This document shows positions 51,386-62,780 of a DNA stretch of 64,000 nucleotides, piece by piece. The first letter of the stretch is position 1; the number at the start of each line of letters is the position of its first letter. The notes under the pieces are model-generated. The model saw only the letters and a program-made list of their open reading frames with translations. It did not search any database and was not told the origin of the DNA. The DNA is from Octopus vulgaris (Eukaryota), in assembly GCA_951406725.2 (NCBI GenBank), contig OX597818.1, positions 130,262,001-130,326,000 on the forward strand, read 5' to 3'. A program made the translations under genes and the position numbers.

Positions 51386-51914
51386 AGCAACAAACAAGAT
51401 GAGGATAAATATCCGTCAAGATGTAAATAATGTAAATAATGGACTACAATAATACACAAAACAAAGTTAGGCTTATTTCCATGTGTGACAACATGCTTGA
51501 TTTAATTCAATTACATATGTATAAATGTCTTCTTATGCTCATAATCAAATAGGATATAAATAGATAATAATAGATAGAAACACTTGAAGGAACTGCTAAC
51601 TTTGCTAACAACCTAAGGTTTCTGTTTCAAGGAAACAGAAGTGCAAAGAAACTGAAATAGGGACTAACATTAAAGGTAGGAACTGATATGAACAAGAGAT
51701 GTGACTGTGTGGACATGAACATGTAAAGGCAAAGAGACAATAACTGCTGAATGATAAAGGTTTGACAAGTGAACTAAGCAAGACAGGAGAAGGAGTGGTG
51801 AAGTTAGATAAGAGAATGTTTAGCCTCACAGACAACCCCTTGCAGAATCCAGATAAATGAGATTATGCCAAATTCATGCCCATAAACCCATGCTACCATG
51901 AAAATACAGATGAT

Positions 51915-52326
51915 GATAGTCCTTTCTACTAAAGGCACAAGGCCTGAAATCTTGGGGGAGGAGGATAGTCGATTACATTGACACCAGTGCTCGACTGGTA
52001 CATTTTTCATTGACCCCAAAAGGATGAAAGGCAAAGCCAACCTTTGAACTCAGAAGTTGAATTTGAACTTAGAACATAAAGACAGACAAAATACCTATTT
52101 CTTTACTACCCACAAGGGGCTAAACACAGAGGGGACAAACAAGAACAGACAAACGGATTAAGTCGATTATATCGATCCCAGTGCATAACTGGTATTTATT
52201 TAATCGACCCTGAAAGGATGAAAGGCAAATTCGACCTCGGCGGAATTTGAACTCAGAACATAGCGGCAGACAGAATACTACTAAGCATTTTTCCCGGCAT
52301 ACTAACGATTCTGCCAGCTTGCCACC
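51915..52326 (-). mobile_element. Dimeric family B SINE (B1 followed by a headless second unit)
   Basis: Minus strand ...GGTAGTAAAGAAATA-GGTATTTTGTCTGTC.. continues into a second B body. Confidence 0.85.
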
Positions 52327-52612
52327 TAAATGATAACAATGACAATATACACACAATAAAAGTAAAAAGTACACTGAATAATATTTTTCAATTCAACTGT
52401 CTTGAGAAGCAAATACATTATTCTCAAAGCACAAAATAACTGAGTTTTGCAGTACATAGCATACAATACATATAAGTAGTCTGTATGGCTGCAATTCTAT
52501 TCTCTGTTATTCACAATCTAACAAGAGAGTATCAACTCAAGTTACTATAAACAGTAGATAAATATCCAAGAAATCACATTATATAGCCTTAATAATATCA
52601 AATAGAATACAA

Positions 52613-52980
52613 GTGCAGGTATGGCTGTGTGGTAAGAAGTTTGCATCATGACTACATGATTCCAGGTTCGGCACCACTGCATGGCATTTTGAGCAAGTGT
52701 CTTGTATTATAGCCTCAAGCTAACCAAAGCCCTCAGGGTGGATTTGGTAGATGGAAACTGAAAGAAGCTCATTGTGTGTATGTGTGTGTGTGTCTTCCAC
52801 CACTTGACAACCAGTGTTGGTGTGTTTGTGTTCTGTGACTGAGGGGTTCAGCAAAGGAAACTGATAGAATAAATATGAGGCTTAAAAAAGATAAGTATTA
52901 GGGTCAATTCATTTAACTAAACTTTTTCAAGGTGGTGCTCCAGTATGGCTGCAGTCAAATGACAGGAACAAGTAAAAAGT
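52613..52980 (+). mobile_element. SINE family A, diverged
   Basis: Head, body and tail all recognisable. Confidence 0.85.
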
Positions 52981-53817
52981 TTTATATATATATACACACA
53001 CACACACACATATATATATATACACACATACACACACACACATATATATATATACACATACATATGTACATTTGTATGTTTTTATGTGGTAAAAGTGTAG
53101 ACCAAATGAAAGAAGTATATTCCTTGTTTATATATAACATGCAGTTCTATAATTAAATATTGTTACATACAAAATGACAGTGAAGTGGAGCAAGCTGATT
53201 TGTAGATATATAACAGCAATGTAATCTTAGTATTACCTATGCTAAAACAATGGGCATACATACACAAATGTGCCCTACGACTGTTTTTGTACGACTTTCA
53301 GGAAAATGGGTATTTTTAAATGGAAATTTCTACAAATGCTTTACAATGTGTGTAAATTACAATTATATAGGAATTTTATGTGAAAAGAAAAATGGTGAGC
53401 ATGCACACATATATACTGACATACATCACACTTTATTTTTGAAATTACAATTTTCATTTTATAGATATATGTGTGGTTAAGAAGTTTGCTTCTCAATCAC
53501 ATGGTTTTAGGTTCAGTTTCACTGCATAGCACTTTAGACAAGTGTCTTCTACTACAGCCACAAGCTGACCAATGCTTTGTGAATAAATCTGGTAGAGAGA
53601 AAAACCAGCTATTTAACCCTTTAGTGTTCTGATTATTCTATCAAACATAATGCTTATTGATTCCCATTGATTTAAATTAATCATGCATTGTGTCATATCT
53701 TCAAGATCTTGATGGTGTAATTACTTAATGTAGAATAACATTGTAGGATAAGTGTGAGGGCCTGGATCTGGTCAGTCTGAACATAAAACAGATTAACTAT
53801 TTTGGCCGGATATGGCC

Positions 53818-54071
53818 GAGTGGAAGTGGATTGGTAGCACAATTAGAAAAGACACACCAAATGTAGCAAAAAGTGCTTTACAGTGGAAACCGGATGGATA
53901 TAGAAGGAGAGGTAGGCCTAAGAACTCGTGGCGTAGATCAGCACAAAAGGAACTAAAGAAAAGGGGACATTCATGGCAGAGTATAAGTACAAAAGTAAAG
54001 AATTATGCGACATAGAATTCAATTATAAGTGGCCTATACTCTGTGTTGGAGGGTTAAAGGCATAAAAAAAA
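53818..54071 (+). pseudogene. RTE-clade LINE 3' fragment
   Basis: WKWIGSTIRK...ALQWKPDGYRRRGRPKNSWRR is the typical RTE ORF C-terminus; A-rich end. Confidence 0.85.
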
Positions 54072-54267
54072 ATGACAGAAAAACCAAAAGACGTCTGTGT
54101 GTGTGTTTGTACATGATTGCTTGAGTGCATTTTTGTGTGAGTGGATGTGACTTCGATTCTTGTTCATTGGTTTGTGAACCATGGCTTCATTGATGGTAAA
54201 GTCTGCTTGCAGTCCTTCATGAAAGTATGTCCATGGCTACATGTTATTTGATAGACCAGGAGATTAT

Positions 54268-54685
54268 AGATTCTACTATATGGCTCAGAAACCTGGACGT
54301 TATCAAAGAAGCTTGAGAGGCGGTTGGATGGAACCTACACTCGCCTCCTTATGAGAGCTCGAAATCTCTCGTGGAAGCGCCATCCAACCAAAATGCAAAT
54401 ATATGGGAAACTACCACCTGTGCCATCTCTTGTGAAAGGTAAGAGAGTCCAGTTTGCTGGACATTGTTGTAGAGCTGAAAAAGAAGTAATTTCTACTCTT
54501 CTCCTCTGGAAGCCATCTACTCGCAATACCAGAGGGTGCACACTCTCCTACCCTGATGTAATCTCCAGGGATACAGGCATCCAGCAACAGGACCTCTGTA
54601 ATGCCATGATGGACCATGAAGTCTGGCGTAGCATAGTAAATTCCATTGTCTGGACCACGGTCGAACAATGATGATGATGAGGAGG
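54268..54685 (+). mobile_element. 5'-truncated RTE-clade LINE with open frame 54270-54671
   Basis: ILLYGSETWTLSKKLERRLDGTYTRLL...FAGHCCR...MMDHEVWR; stop runs into (TGA)n tail; 10-bp TSD AGGAGATTAT at 54258-54267 and 54686-54695. Confidence 0.92.
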
Positions 54686-56271
54686 AGGAGATTATTACCC
54701 ATTCTTGAAACAAGTCAGTGTTAGTAACTGGAAAAGTTTTTAACAGTAAAAAAAATTTGTGTCTCTATGAACTGTTGCCTCGTCCATGCAATCATGGAAA
54801 AGTAGATGCGATGATAATGAGATGATGATGATGATGATGAGGAGGAGGAGGAGGAAGAGGAGGATGGTGATGATATAACAATAAAAAAGCTGGCATGAAA
54901 AGCATGCAATGAATTATCTATTCTATAATAGTTTACACTTCAAAAAAGAAAAAATATAACACAAATATACTTTTTATGCTAATTCATACAGTATGAAAGC
55001 TATTTTAAAGATGAACTACGTATACACAATTAAGGATTCATATGTATTTGAAAATTAGTCATTCAAAATCAATTTTGCCTCAGTCAAAATCTTTTGAAAA
55101 GTCACAAATTGTTACCACTTATCCAAAATACCTTATCTTGAGAAACAATTGCTCTTTCTTTTTCTTTTCTTAATTTTACTTCAATTTAACTTAAGGCTCT
55201 AATTAAGTTATAGAGAAAAGTCTCACCTCAGTCAGCTAGGCTGCTGTTCTATAATTTATAGAATCTTGTGCCAAGGGAGAACGAGTTTTTGAGTAAAATT
55301 TACTTGTGTGAAAATTTTTTTTATACATTTTTCATTTGTGTGCATCATGTATGTATATATATATATGTATGTATATTTGTATGTATATAGTTGTATGCAT
55401 GTATGTGTGTGTATGTATGCATATTTTGGATCTATGCATTGTAGACATATGTGTAAAATGCTTCAGAAATTTGCATGTACTTCTTATTCAGAGGAGATGC
55501 TACTCTGTTCACTGCAAATGTATGTGTTATGTATGCAAAGATACATTGCAATTTAAAATCTATTTATTATTGAAGTTCCTTCTCTCTTACCCTCTCTCTC
55601 CCCTTCCATTTCTCCCACATTCTGTGCATGTGTGTATGTACTGCACTTTCTTTTTAATTACTGGGATGTTGGGCACATAATTTACCATTTTAAAAGAAAC
55701 AAACAACCACAAGGCGCTGTTTCAACGTGGGCTGCTCCATAGGAAGGAAAGACAGACTCAAGATATAAATGGAATATTTCAAATATTTCAACTTTTGTTT
55801 ATAAATATTCAGGCATGTCTGAGTGATTGAGAAGCTTGCTTTCCAACCATGTGGTCTCTGTTTCAGTCCCTCCATGCAGAACATTGGCCAAGTGCCTTCC
55901 ATTATAGCCCTGGGTCAACCAAAGCCTTCTGAGTGGATTTGGTAATCTGTCATTATATATATATACATAATAACAATATAATAAATAAAACATATGCATA
56001 CATACATACATACATATATGTACATACCTACATCTATATGTATATATACATGCATATATGAGTACAGGATACCACAAATAAACGTAGAACACAACGAGAA
56101 ACGAAAATATAAAACCAAACAAGGAAACGGACTTTTTTTAACAACGAAAAAACAGAGTACAAGGCAAACAATACAAGGAATATTCCCCTTCATCAGCTGC
56201 CCCTGTTTTGATTCAATGTGTATATACATATATGTATGTATGCATGTATGTATATATATATATATACATAT

Positions 56272-56658
56272 TCTTTTATTCTTTTACTTGTTTCAGTCAT
56301 TTAAATGTGGCCATGCTGGAGCACCACCTTTAGCTGAACAAATCAACCCCAAGACTTATTCTTTGTAAGCCTAGTACTTATTCTATCAGTCTCTTTTGCC
56401 AAACTGCTAAATTATGGGAATGTAAACACACCAAAATTGGTTGTCAAGCAATGATGGGGGGAACAAATACAGACACATACATAAATATATACATATATAC
56501 GATGAGCTTCTTTAAGTTCCCTTCTACTAAATTACTAAATTCACTTGCAAGGTTTTGGTCAGCCTGAGGCTATAGTAGAAGACACTTGCCCAAGGTGCCA
56601 TGCAGTGGGACTGAACCCGGAACCATGTGGTTGGGAAGCAAGCTTCTTACCAGACAGC
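56272..56658 (-). mobile_element. SINE family A
   Basis: Reverse complement homology. Confidence 0.9.
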
Positions 56659-57094
56659 AGTTTGCAATGTTTCACCAAAAAGGAGAATTACAAATGTTAC
56701 TAAATGTGACTAGGGTATTAGGAAACACCTACATTGCTAGAAATAAGAGTTAAACTTCTCTAATGTTGTTGTTTATGCACATGATTGAAAACATATACAC
56801 TAACAAGGACCACAATCGTCTGAAAAGTGCTGATTGAGAATTCCTAATACTGACATCTGTTTCAGCAATTTCCATTGCTTCATCAGTTAAGACTGCTTAA
56901 CTGTTTAGTTCTTTCCAGACTTGCTCCACCATTAGTATTTAAGTTTACATCATCCAAGTTATTGGATGATTTAGCGATTCACTAATGTGTATATATAAAT
57001 TAATATAAATAGCAGTTTGCAATGTTTCACCAAAAAAAAAGGAGAATTATAAGTGTCACTAAATGTGACTAGGGTGTTAGAAAACATCTACATT
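56656..57094. repeat. Two ~80-bp direct repeats (56656-56735, 57011-57094), period 355 bp
   Basis: AGCAGTTTGCAATGTTTCACCAAAAA...CTAAATGTGACTAGGGT...CTACATT in both. Confidence 0.93.
56842..56892 (-). ncRNA. Type I hammerhead ribozyme with intact core
   Basis: Minus strand TCTTAA-CTGATGA-AGCAAT ggaa ATTGCT-GAAA-CAGATGTCA-GTA-TTAGGA: stem I 6 bp, stem II 6 bp perfect, GUA site, near-palindromic stem III. Confidence 0.78.
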
Positions 57095-57423
57095 ATGAAC
57101 AATTTGACTGATCCAAACGATCAGGTGTACATTTTGCATCTGTCAAGCACAAATATTTACCCTCTACAATATATGTCAAGTGCTCTTTCCTTTTGTTTGT
57201 ACAAATAAGCATGTATGTGTGTGTACGTGTGTGTGTGTAAGCAGTAGAATTTAATGAATGGTGTAAAATACCTCGTGGTTTTTGACCACATACCCTTACA
57301 TGTTCTGATATCAAATCTGAGCAAACCTTGTCTAACAACACTGTAAAGTTGATAAAGTAAATGCTAATTAATTACTTATGTGAATATAAACGAGTAGATC
57401 CTTAAAAGTGCTAACTCAGATTA

Positions 57424-58262
57424 GCCACAACCCAAGGATTAATAATCCCTTCTAATATAGGGACAAGGCCTGGATTTTGTGTGGAGGGGGACAATCGATC
57501 CCAGTACTCAACTGGTACTTAATTTATCAACTCTGAAAGGACAAAAGGCAAATTTGACCTTGGTGGAATTTGAACTCAGAATGTAAAGACAGATAAAATG
57601 CTGTAACCCGAGGACTAATATTGATTATAATAATCCCTTCTACGAAAGGCACAAGGCCTGAAATTTTGGCAGGAGGGGCCTAGTCAATTACATCAACCCA
57701 GTGTTGCACTGGTGCTTAATTTATTGACAATGAAAGGAGGAAAGGCAAATTTGACCTTGGCTAAATTTGAACTCAGAATGTAAAGATGGACAAAATGCCA
57801 CAACCCAAGGACTAATAATAATAATAATAATAATAATATATTTCTGCTATAGGCACAAGGCCGAAATTTTGTGGGAGGGGCTAGTTGATTACATTGATTT
57901 CAGTGCTCAACTGATACTTATTTTATTGATCCTTAAAAGAATGAGTGGCAAAGCTGAGCTCAGCAGGGTTTGTATTCAACATGAAGAGATAACCAAAAAG
58001 CAATGCCACAAAGCATTCTGCTTGAAGCACCATGTTTTTGTCAGCTTTGCCTTCAAAACAACAACAACAGTAATGGCTTCAAATTTTGGTACATGGCCAG
58101 CAATTTCCTCAACCCCAATATTGAACCCATACTTATTTAATGGGTCCTGAAGGAATAAAAGGCAAGTTGAGCTCAACAGAATTTGAACTCGTAACACGAA
58201 AATAGACAAAATACTGCTAAGCATTTCATCTGGTTTGCTAATGATTCTGCCTGCTTGCCTCC

Positions 58263-58263
<1 letters not shown>
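57424..58263 (-). mobile_element. Tandem cluster of four family B-derived units
   Basis: AAAGGCAAATTTGACCTTGG..AATTTGAACTCAGAATGTAAAGA repeated; units separated by AAT-rich linkers. Confidence 0.82.
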
Positions 58264-58329
<66 letters not shown>

Positions 58330-58349
58330 TATGATGATGATGATGATGA

Positions 58350-59220
58350 ACAAAAATAAAACAGTAAAAGCATGGAAGAGAAAGAAAGTGCACAGTTAGT
58401 TTGCAAGAGATGTGAATGCCAAGTGACTATAGAGAGGACTAGTGGCTATGGATGAGGAGGCGTGACCTGAAGATAGAGACAGAAGCTTTCATATGTGCAG
58501 TTCAGGAACAAGTGATAAGGACCAACTATATGAAGTGCAGAATAGGCAACAGATAGTGACAACTGAAAAATGTGTGGTGAGTGGGGTGAAACTGTATGGC
58601 ACATCATTAGCAAATGCCTGAAATTGGTACAATGTGGATACAAAAGATGCCATGACAACATGGCAAGAATGATCCTTTGGGAGGTCTGTAGAAATAACAG
58701 CCTACACAGAGCATGGACATGGTATGAGAAAACTTCAAGAGTCACCAAAAGTGAGAATTGCAAAATCCTGTGGGATGCAATGACCCAGTACAATCATCTG
58801 ATCAGACATCAGAAACTGGACATTGTTGTGGTGAGTAAAAAAGAAACATGTATGATAATGGACATAGCTTGCCCTAGTGACAACAGGATCTATGTGAAAG
58901 AAGGAAATATAAACAACTATGATGATTTGAAGTGGGAAATACGAAGGTTGTGGTCAAGGAAGAGAGTAGACGTGATACCAATAATAATTGGTGCCCTTGA
59001 AAGTATCAGCACTCAACTAATAACATGGCTGAAAAAAATTGATGCAAGTTTGAAGGTAGAACACCTACAAAAATCAGTATTGCTTGTAACTGCAAGAATT
59101 CTTCGCAGGGTTCTTGAAGCATGACCAGTAAATGAGTATCACCTTAGTGTGCTGGCTGTGGACAGCTGACACTTTCCATCATACCCAGCAAAATAATATG
59201 TGAGTTTTCATACAATAATG
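58350..59220 (+). pseudogene. R4/Dong-type non-LTR retrotransposon 3' fragment (zinc knuckle and RLE domain; ORF 58570-59124)
   Basis: DLKIETEAFICAVQEQVIRTNYMK upstream; CGEWGETVWHIISKC; CHDNMA (RHD-like); KILWD; LDIVVV..MDIACP; IPIIIGAL; LQKSVLL.TARILRRVL; begins after (AAT)n at 58264-58326. Confidence 0.92.
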
Positions 59221-60267
59221 TGTACGTATATTATGTTTACATATTGTGTATGATATATAATACAAATTAACAACTAGAGTATTATAAACATACATAGTAG
59301 TTTTAGCTACTTAATGTGCTTGCAATTTTGTATATCCAACTATTCAATTAATTATATCAATTAAAAGCAATAACAAACAGAATTAGTGTTATAACAACTT
59401 AATTAACATCAGTTGCCAGGTGGATAAACTATTTCCTAACAAAGATGTTTGATGTTTCTGAAGTCAAAAATTTGAAATGTATCAATGCTCTTTTAGGAAG
59501 GTGAACATTTACATATTCAATTACTCTATGCCATATTTAAGAAAACAAGCGTAAGCTTCCAGCCTGGTTTTGAATACGTCAGTTAAGTACTTGTATTTAT
59601 ACATATGCTCATGTCAACAACGTACATCTCCCCTCTCACTCTCTCTTTCTTTCTATCTGTCATCACACATACAAATGGTAGTGTGAACATGGATACACAT
59701 AACATTTTACAAGCAGATCTTTATTACAAAAGCAGAATTTTAACTAGCATCAAAAAAGTACTTTAAAAATTACATAGTTTCACAAGAGTGATTAAGTTAG
59801 ATATGTACAAATATATTGTGTATTTTCGAAACAACACATTTTTAAACATTAAACGCTACACAAAATATCTTGTAGTAAATAAAATTACAAAACAGAAAGC
59901 TTGAGCAATCACATTTGCTAAAACCAGTGTTCATGATTATGGAGTCAGGAAACAGTTTTAAAGATATCAAAAGGTAGTGGAACAAAATAGGACATATGTG
60001 GTTGAATAAAAGATGTACAAATACCTAAATATTGGTTTTGAATTTTACCAAAAAAACAAAACAAAGAAAAACATGGATGCATGTCTTGCTACAAACAATA
60101 GCCAAGTCTCCCTTCAAATCACAGCTTACAATCTTAAAAAGAAATGATATATTGAATTATGTAGTCCTGGATACATTATTTCTGCAAACACAGCAGTATA
60201 GTCACAATTGGACAGGTATGTTCAAGCAGAGTAGCCCCAGGGTTAAACAACAAAAATAATAAACAGT

Positions 60268-60429
60268 GTAGTTGAGTGATAAGAAGTTTGCTTCCCAAGC
60301 ACATGGTCCTGGGTTCCAGGTTCAGTTTCACTATGTGGCACCTTGGGCAAGTGTCTTCTACAATAGACACTTTGGGCCAACCAAAGCCTTGTGAGTGGAT
60401 TTGGTAGACAGAAGCTGAAAGAAGTCCGT

Positions 60430-60525
<96 letters not shown>

Positions 60526-60545
60526 CATATATATATGTGTGTGTA

Positions 60546-60580
<35 letters not shown>

Positions 60581-60890
60581 TTATATATATATACACACGT
60601 GTGTGTGTGTATATGTATACACACACACATATAAATATATAAAAATATACATATGTATATATGCATATGTTTGTGTGTGTCTTTGTGTGTCCTCCCACCA
60701 GCACTTGACAACCAATGTTGGTGTGTTTATGTCCCCAAAACTTAGCAATTCAGCAAAATAGGCCAATAGAACAAGTACCAGATTTACAAAGAATTAGTCC
60801 TGGGGTTGATTTCTTTGACTAAAAAAACCCCTTTTAAAGTGCTGCTCCATCATGGATGCAGTCAAATGACTGAAACAAGTAAAAGAATAA
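60268..60890 (+). mobile_element. SINE family A with ~250-bp expanded internal microsatellite
   Basis: 5' half to 60430, (TG)/(TA) to about 60680, 3' half to tail. Confidence 0.9.
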
Positions 60891-61055
60891 TCCTTAAAAT
60901 GTACTTCACTAAGATATTCAGTTTTGGATACAAACTCAAATGTTTGAAAAATTTAGCAGATTATTGGAGTTTAACTTTGCTCATTGGAATGGTTAGTATA
61001 CTAGTAAGAAGAACTTCCTGTTGTGAAGCAGGGTGCTAAGAAAAATAAATAAATC

Positions 61056-61218
61056 CGCAGGAGTGGCTGTGTGGTAGGTAGCTTGTTTACCAACTACATG
61101 GTTCCGGGTTCAGTCCCACTGCGTGGCACCTTGGGCAAGTGTCTTCTACTATAGCCTCGGGCCGACCAAAGCCTTGTGAGTGGATTTGGTAGATGGAAAC
61201 TGAAAGAAGCTCGTCGTA

Positions 61219-61260
<42 letters not shown>

Positions 61261-61480
61261 TGTGTGTGCTTGTGTCTGTGTTTGTCCTCCTAGCATTGCT
61301 TGACAACCGATGCTGGTGTGTTTATGTCCCCGTTACTTAGCGGTTCGGCAAAAGAGACCGATAGAATAAGTACTGGGCTTACAAAAGAATAAGTCCCGGG
61401 GTCGAGTTGCTCGATTAAAGGCGGTGCTCCAGCATGGCCGCAGTCAAATGACTGAAACAAATAAAAGAATAAAAGAAAGA
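61056..61480 (+). mobile_element. SINE family A, young full length
   Basis: CpG-rich, near-identical to 26075-26480. Confidence 0.94.
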
Positions 61481-62224
61481 ATACAAGCAGTGGAAAATAA
61501 ATGTAAAATAGAGAAGGAAAAGAAGTAAAATCCATTAACACGAATTGGCACATTGAACCCTATTTTGAATTAATCCAGATTAAAGCTGGTCACCAATACA
61601 GGATTATGTAATTTATTTTATTGATCCAAAGTGAGTTACATATCAAATAAACCCCAGCAGGATTTCAACTCACACTGTACAGGGTGACATATTTATTGAA
61701 ATTTAAATTACTAGAACAAGCTTCTAAATGAGAGAGAAAGTGCAGGTGATACTGGGCAGTGACTTCATCACTATAAGTAAAACTTGTTATGGAACATGGT
61801 AGAAAAAATACTGGACACTTGACCACTAATATTTTGTCAGACACAGTATGAAATTTACCATGGTAAGGGCAGAAAATAATGTCTAGTCATATGCCCTGAT
61901 ACTGTATATTACAATGTTTTATCCTCCTGCTTTCCGTTATAGTGGTAGCTGTAAAGCAGTGGATAAAACGATTAGCAGTATTTAATTATACTTGACATTC
62001 AAAAACAGTTGTAGCTACCTTTATTTCTGATCTATCCATGTCAAGTACAGAAAAAGCAAGGTACTTCATGTCAGAATGCTCCAGTACACTCGGGAGAAAA
62101 TGAATACCAGCAAATGGGGAGTTGGGGTGGTTGCAAAGAATTGGCAACACATTCAGCAGAGGAGTATCTTATTTTCAGTTGTTTAAATGCCTCAGAAACT
62201 AGGATAAGCTCTAACATAACTCTC

Positions 62225-62770
62225 TCTCTTTACTCTTTTATTTGCTTCAGTCATTTGATTGTAGCCATGCTGGAGCACCGCCTTTAATCGAGCAACTCGA
62301 CCCCGGGACTTATTCTTTTGTAAGCCTAGTACTTATTCTATTGGTCACTTTTGCTGAACCACTAAGTAGCGGGGACATAAACACACCAGCATCGGTTGTC
62401 AAGCAATGCTAGGGGGACAAACACAGACACGCATATATATATATATACATATATACGACGGGCTTCTTTCAGTTTCCGTCTGCCAAATCCACTCACAAGG
62501 CATTGGTCGGCCTGAGGCTATAGTAGAAAACACTTGCCCAAGGTGCCATGCAGTGGGACTGAACCTGGAACCATGTGGTTGGTAAACAAGCTACTTAGCA
62601 GCATTTCGTCCATCCTTACGTTTTGAGTTCAAATTCTGTCAAGGTCAACTTTGCTTTTCATCCTTCGGGAATCAATACAATAAGTACCAGTTGTGCACTG
62701 GGGTCAATGTAATTGATTTAACCTTTCCCCAGAATTGCTGGCCTTGTGTCAAAATTTGAAACCATTATTA
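62225..62770. mobile_element. Family A (minus, 62225-62597) fused head-to-head to family B (plus, 62594-62770)
   Basis: AAGCTACTTA overlaps CTTAGCAGCATTTCGTCC at the junction. Confidence 0.85.
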
Positions 62771-62780
62771 TCATTGCTGT

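Larger units (their letters stand above)
50591..51442 (+). mobile_element. 5'-truncated Penelope-like element with inverted pLTR
   Basis: 14-bp TSD ACTACAATAATACA at 50577-50590 and 51443-51456; ~135-bp inverted repeat 50614-50746 vs 51294-51431; endonuclease remnant and hammerhead inside. Confidence 0.88.
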
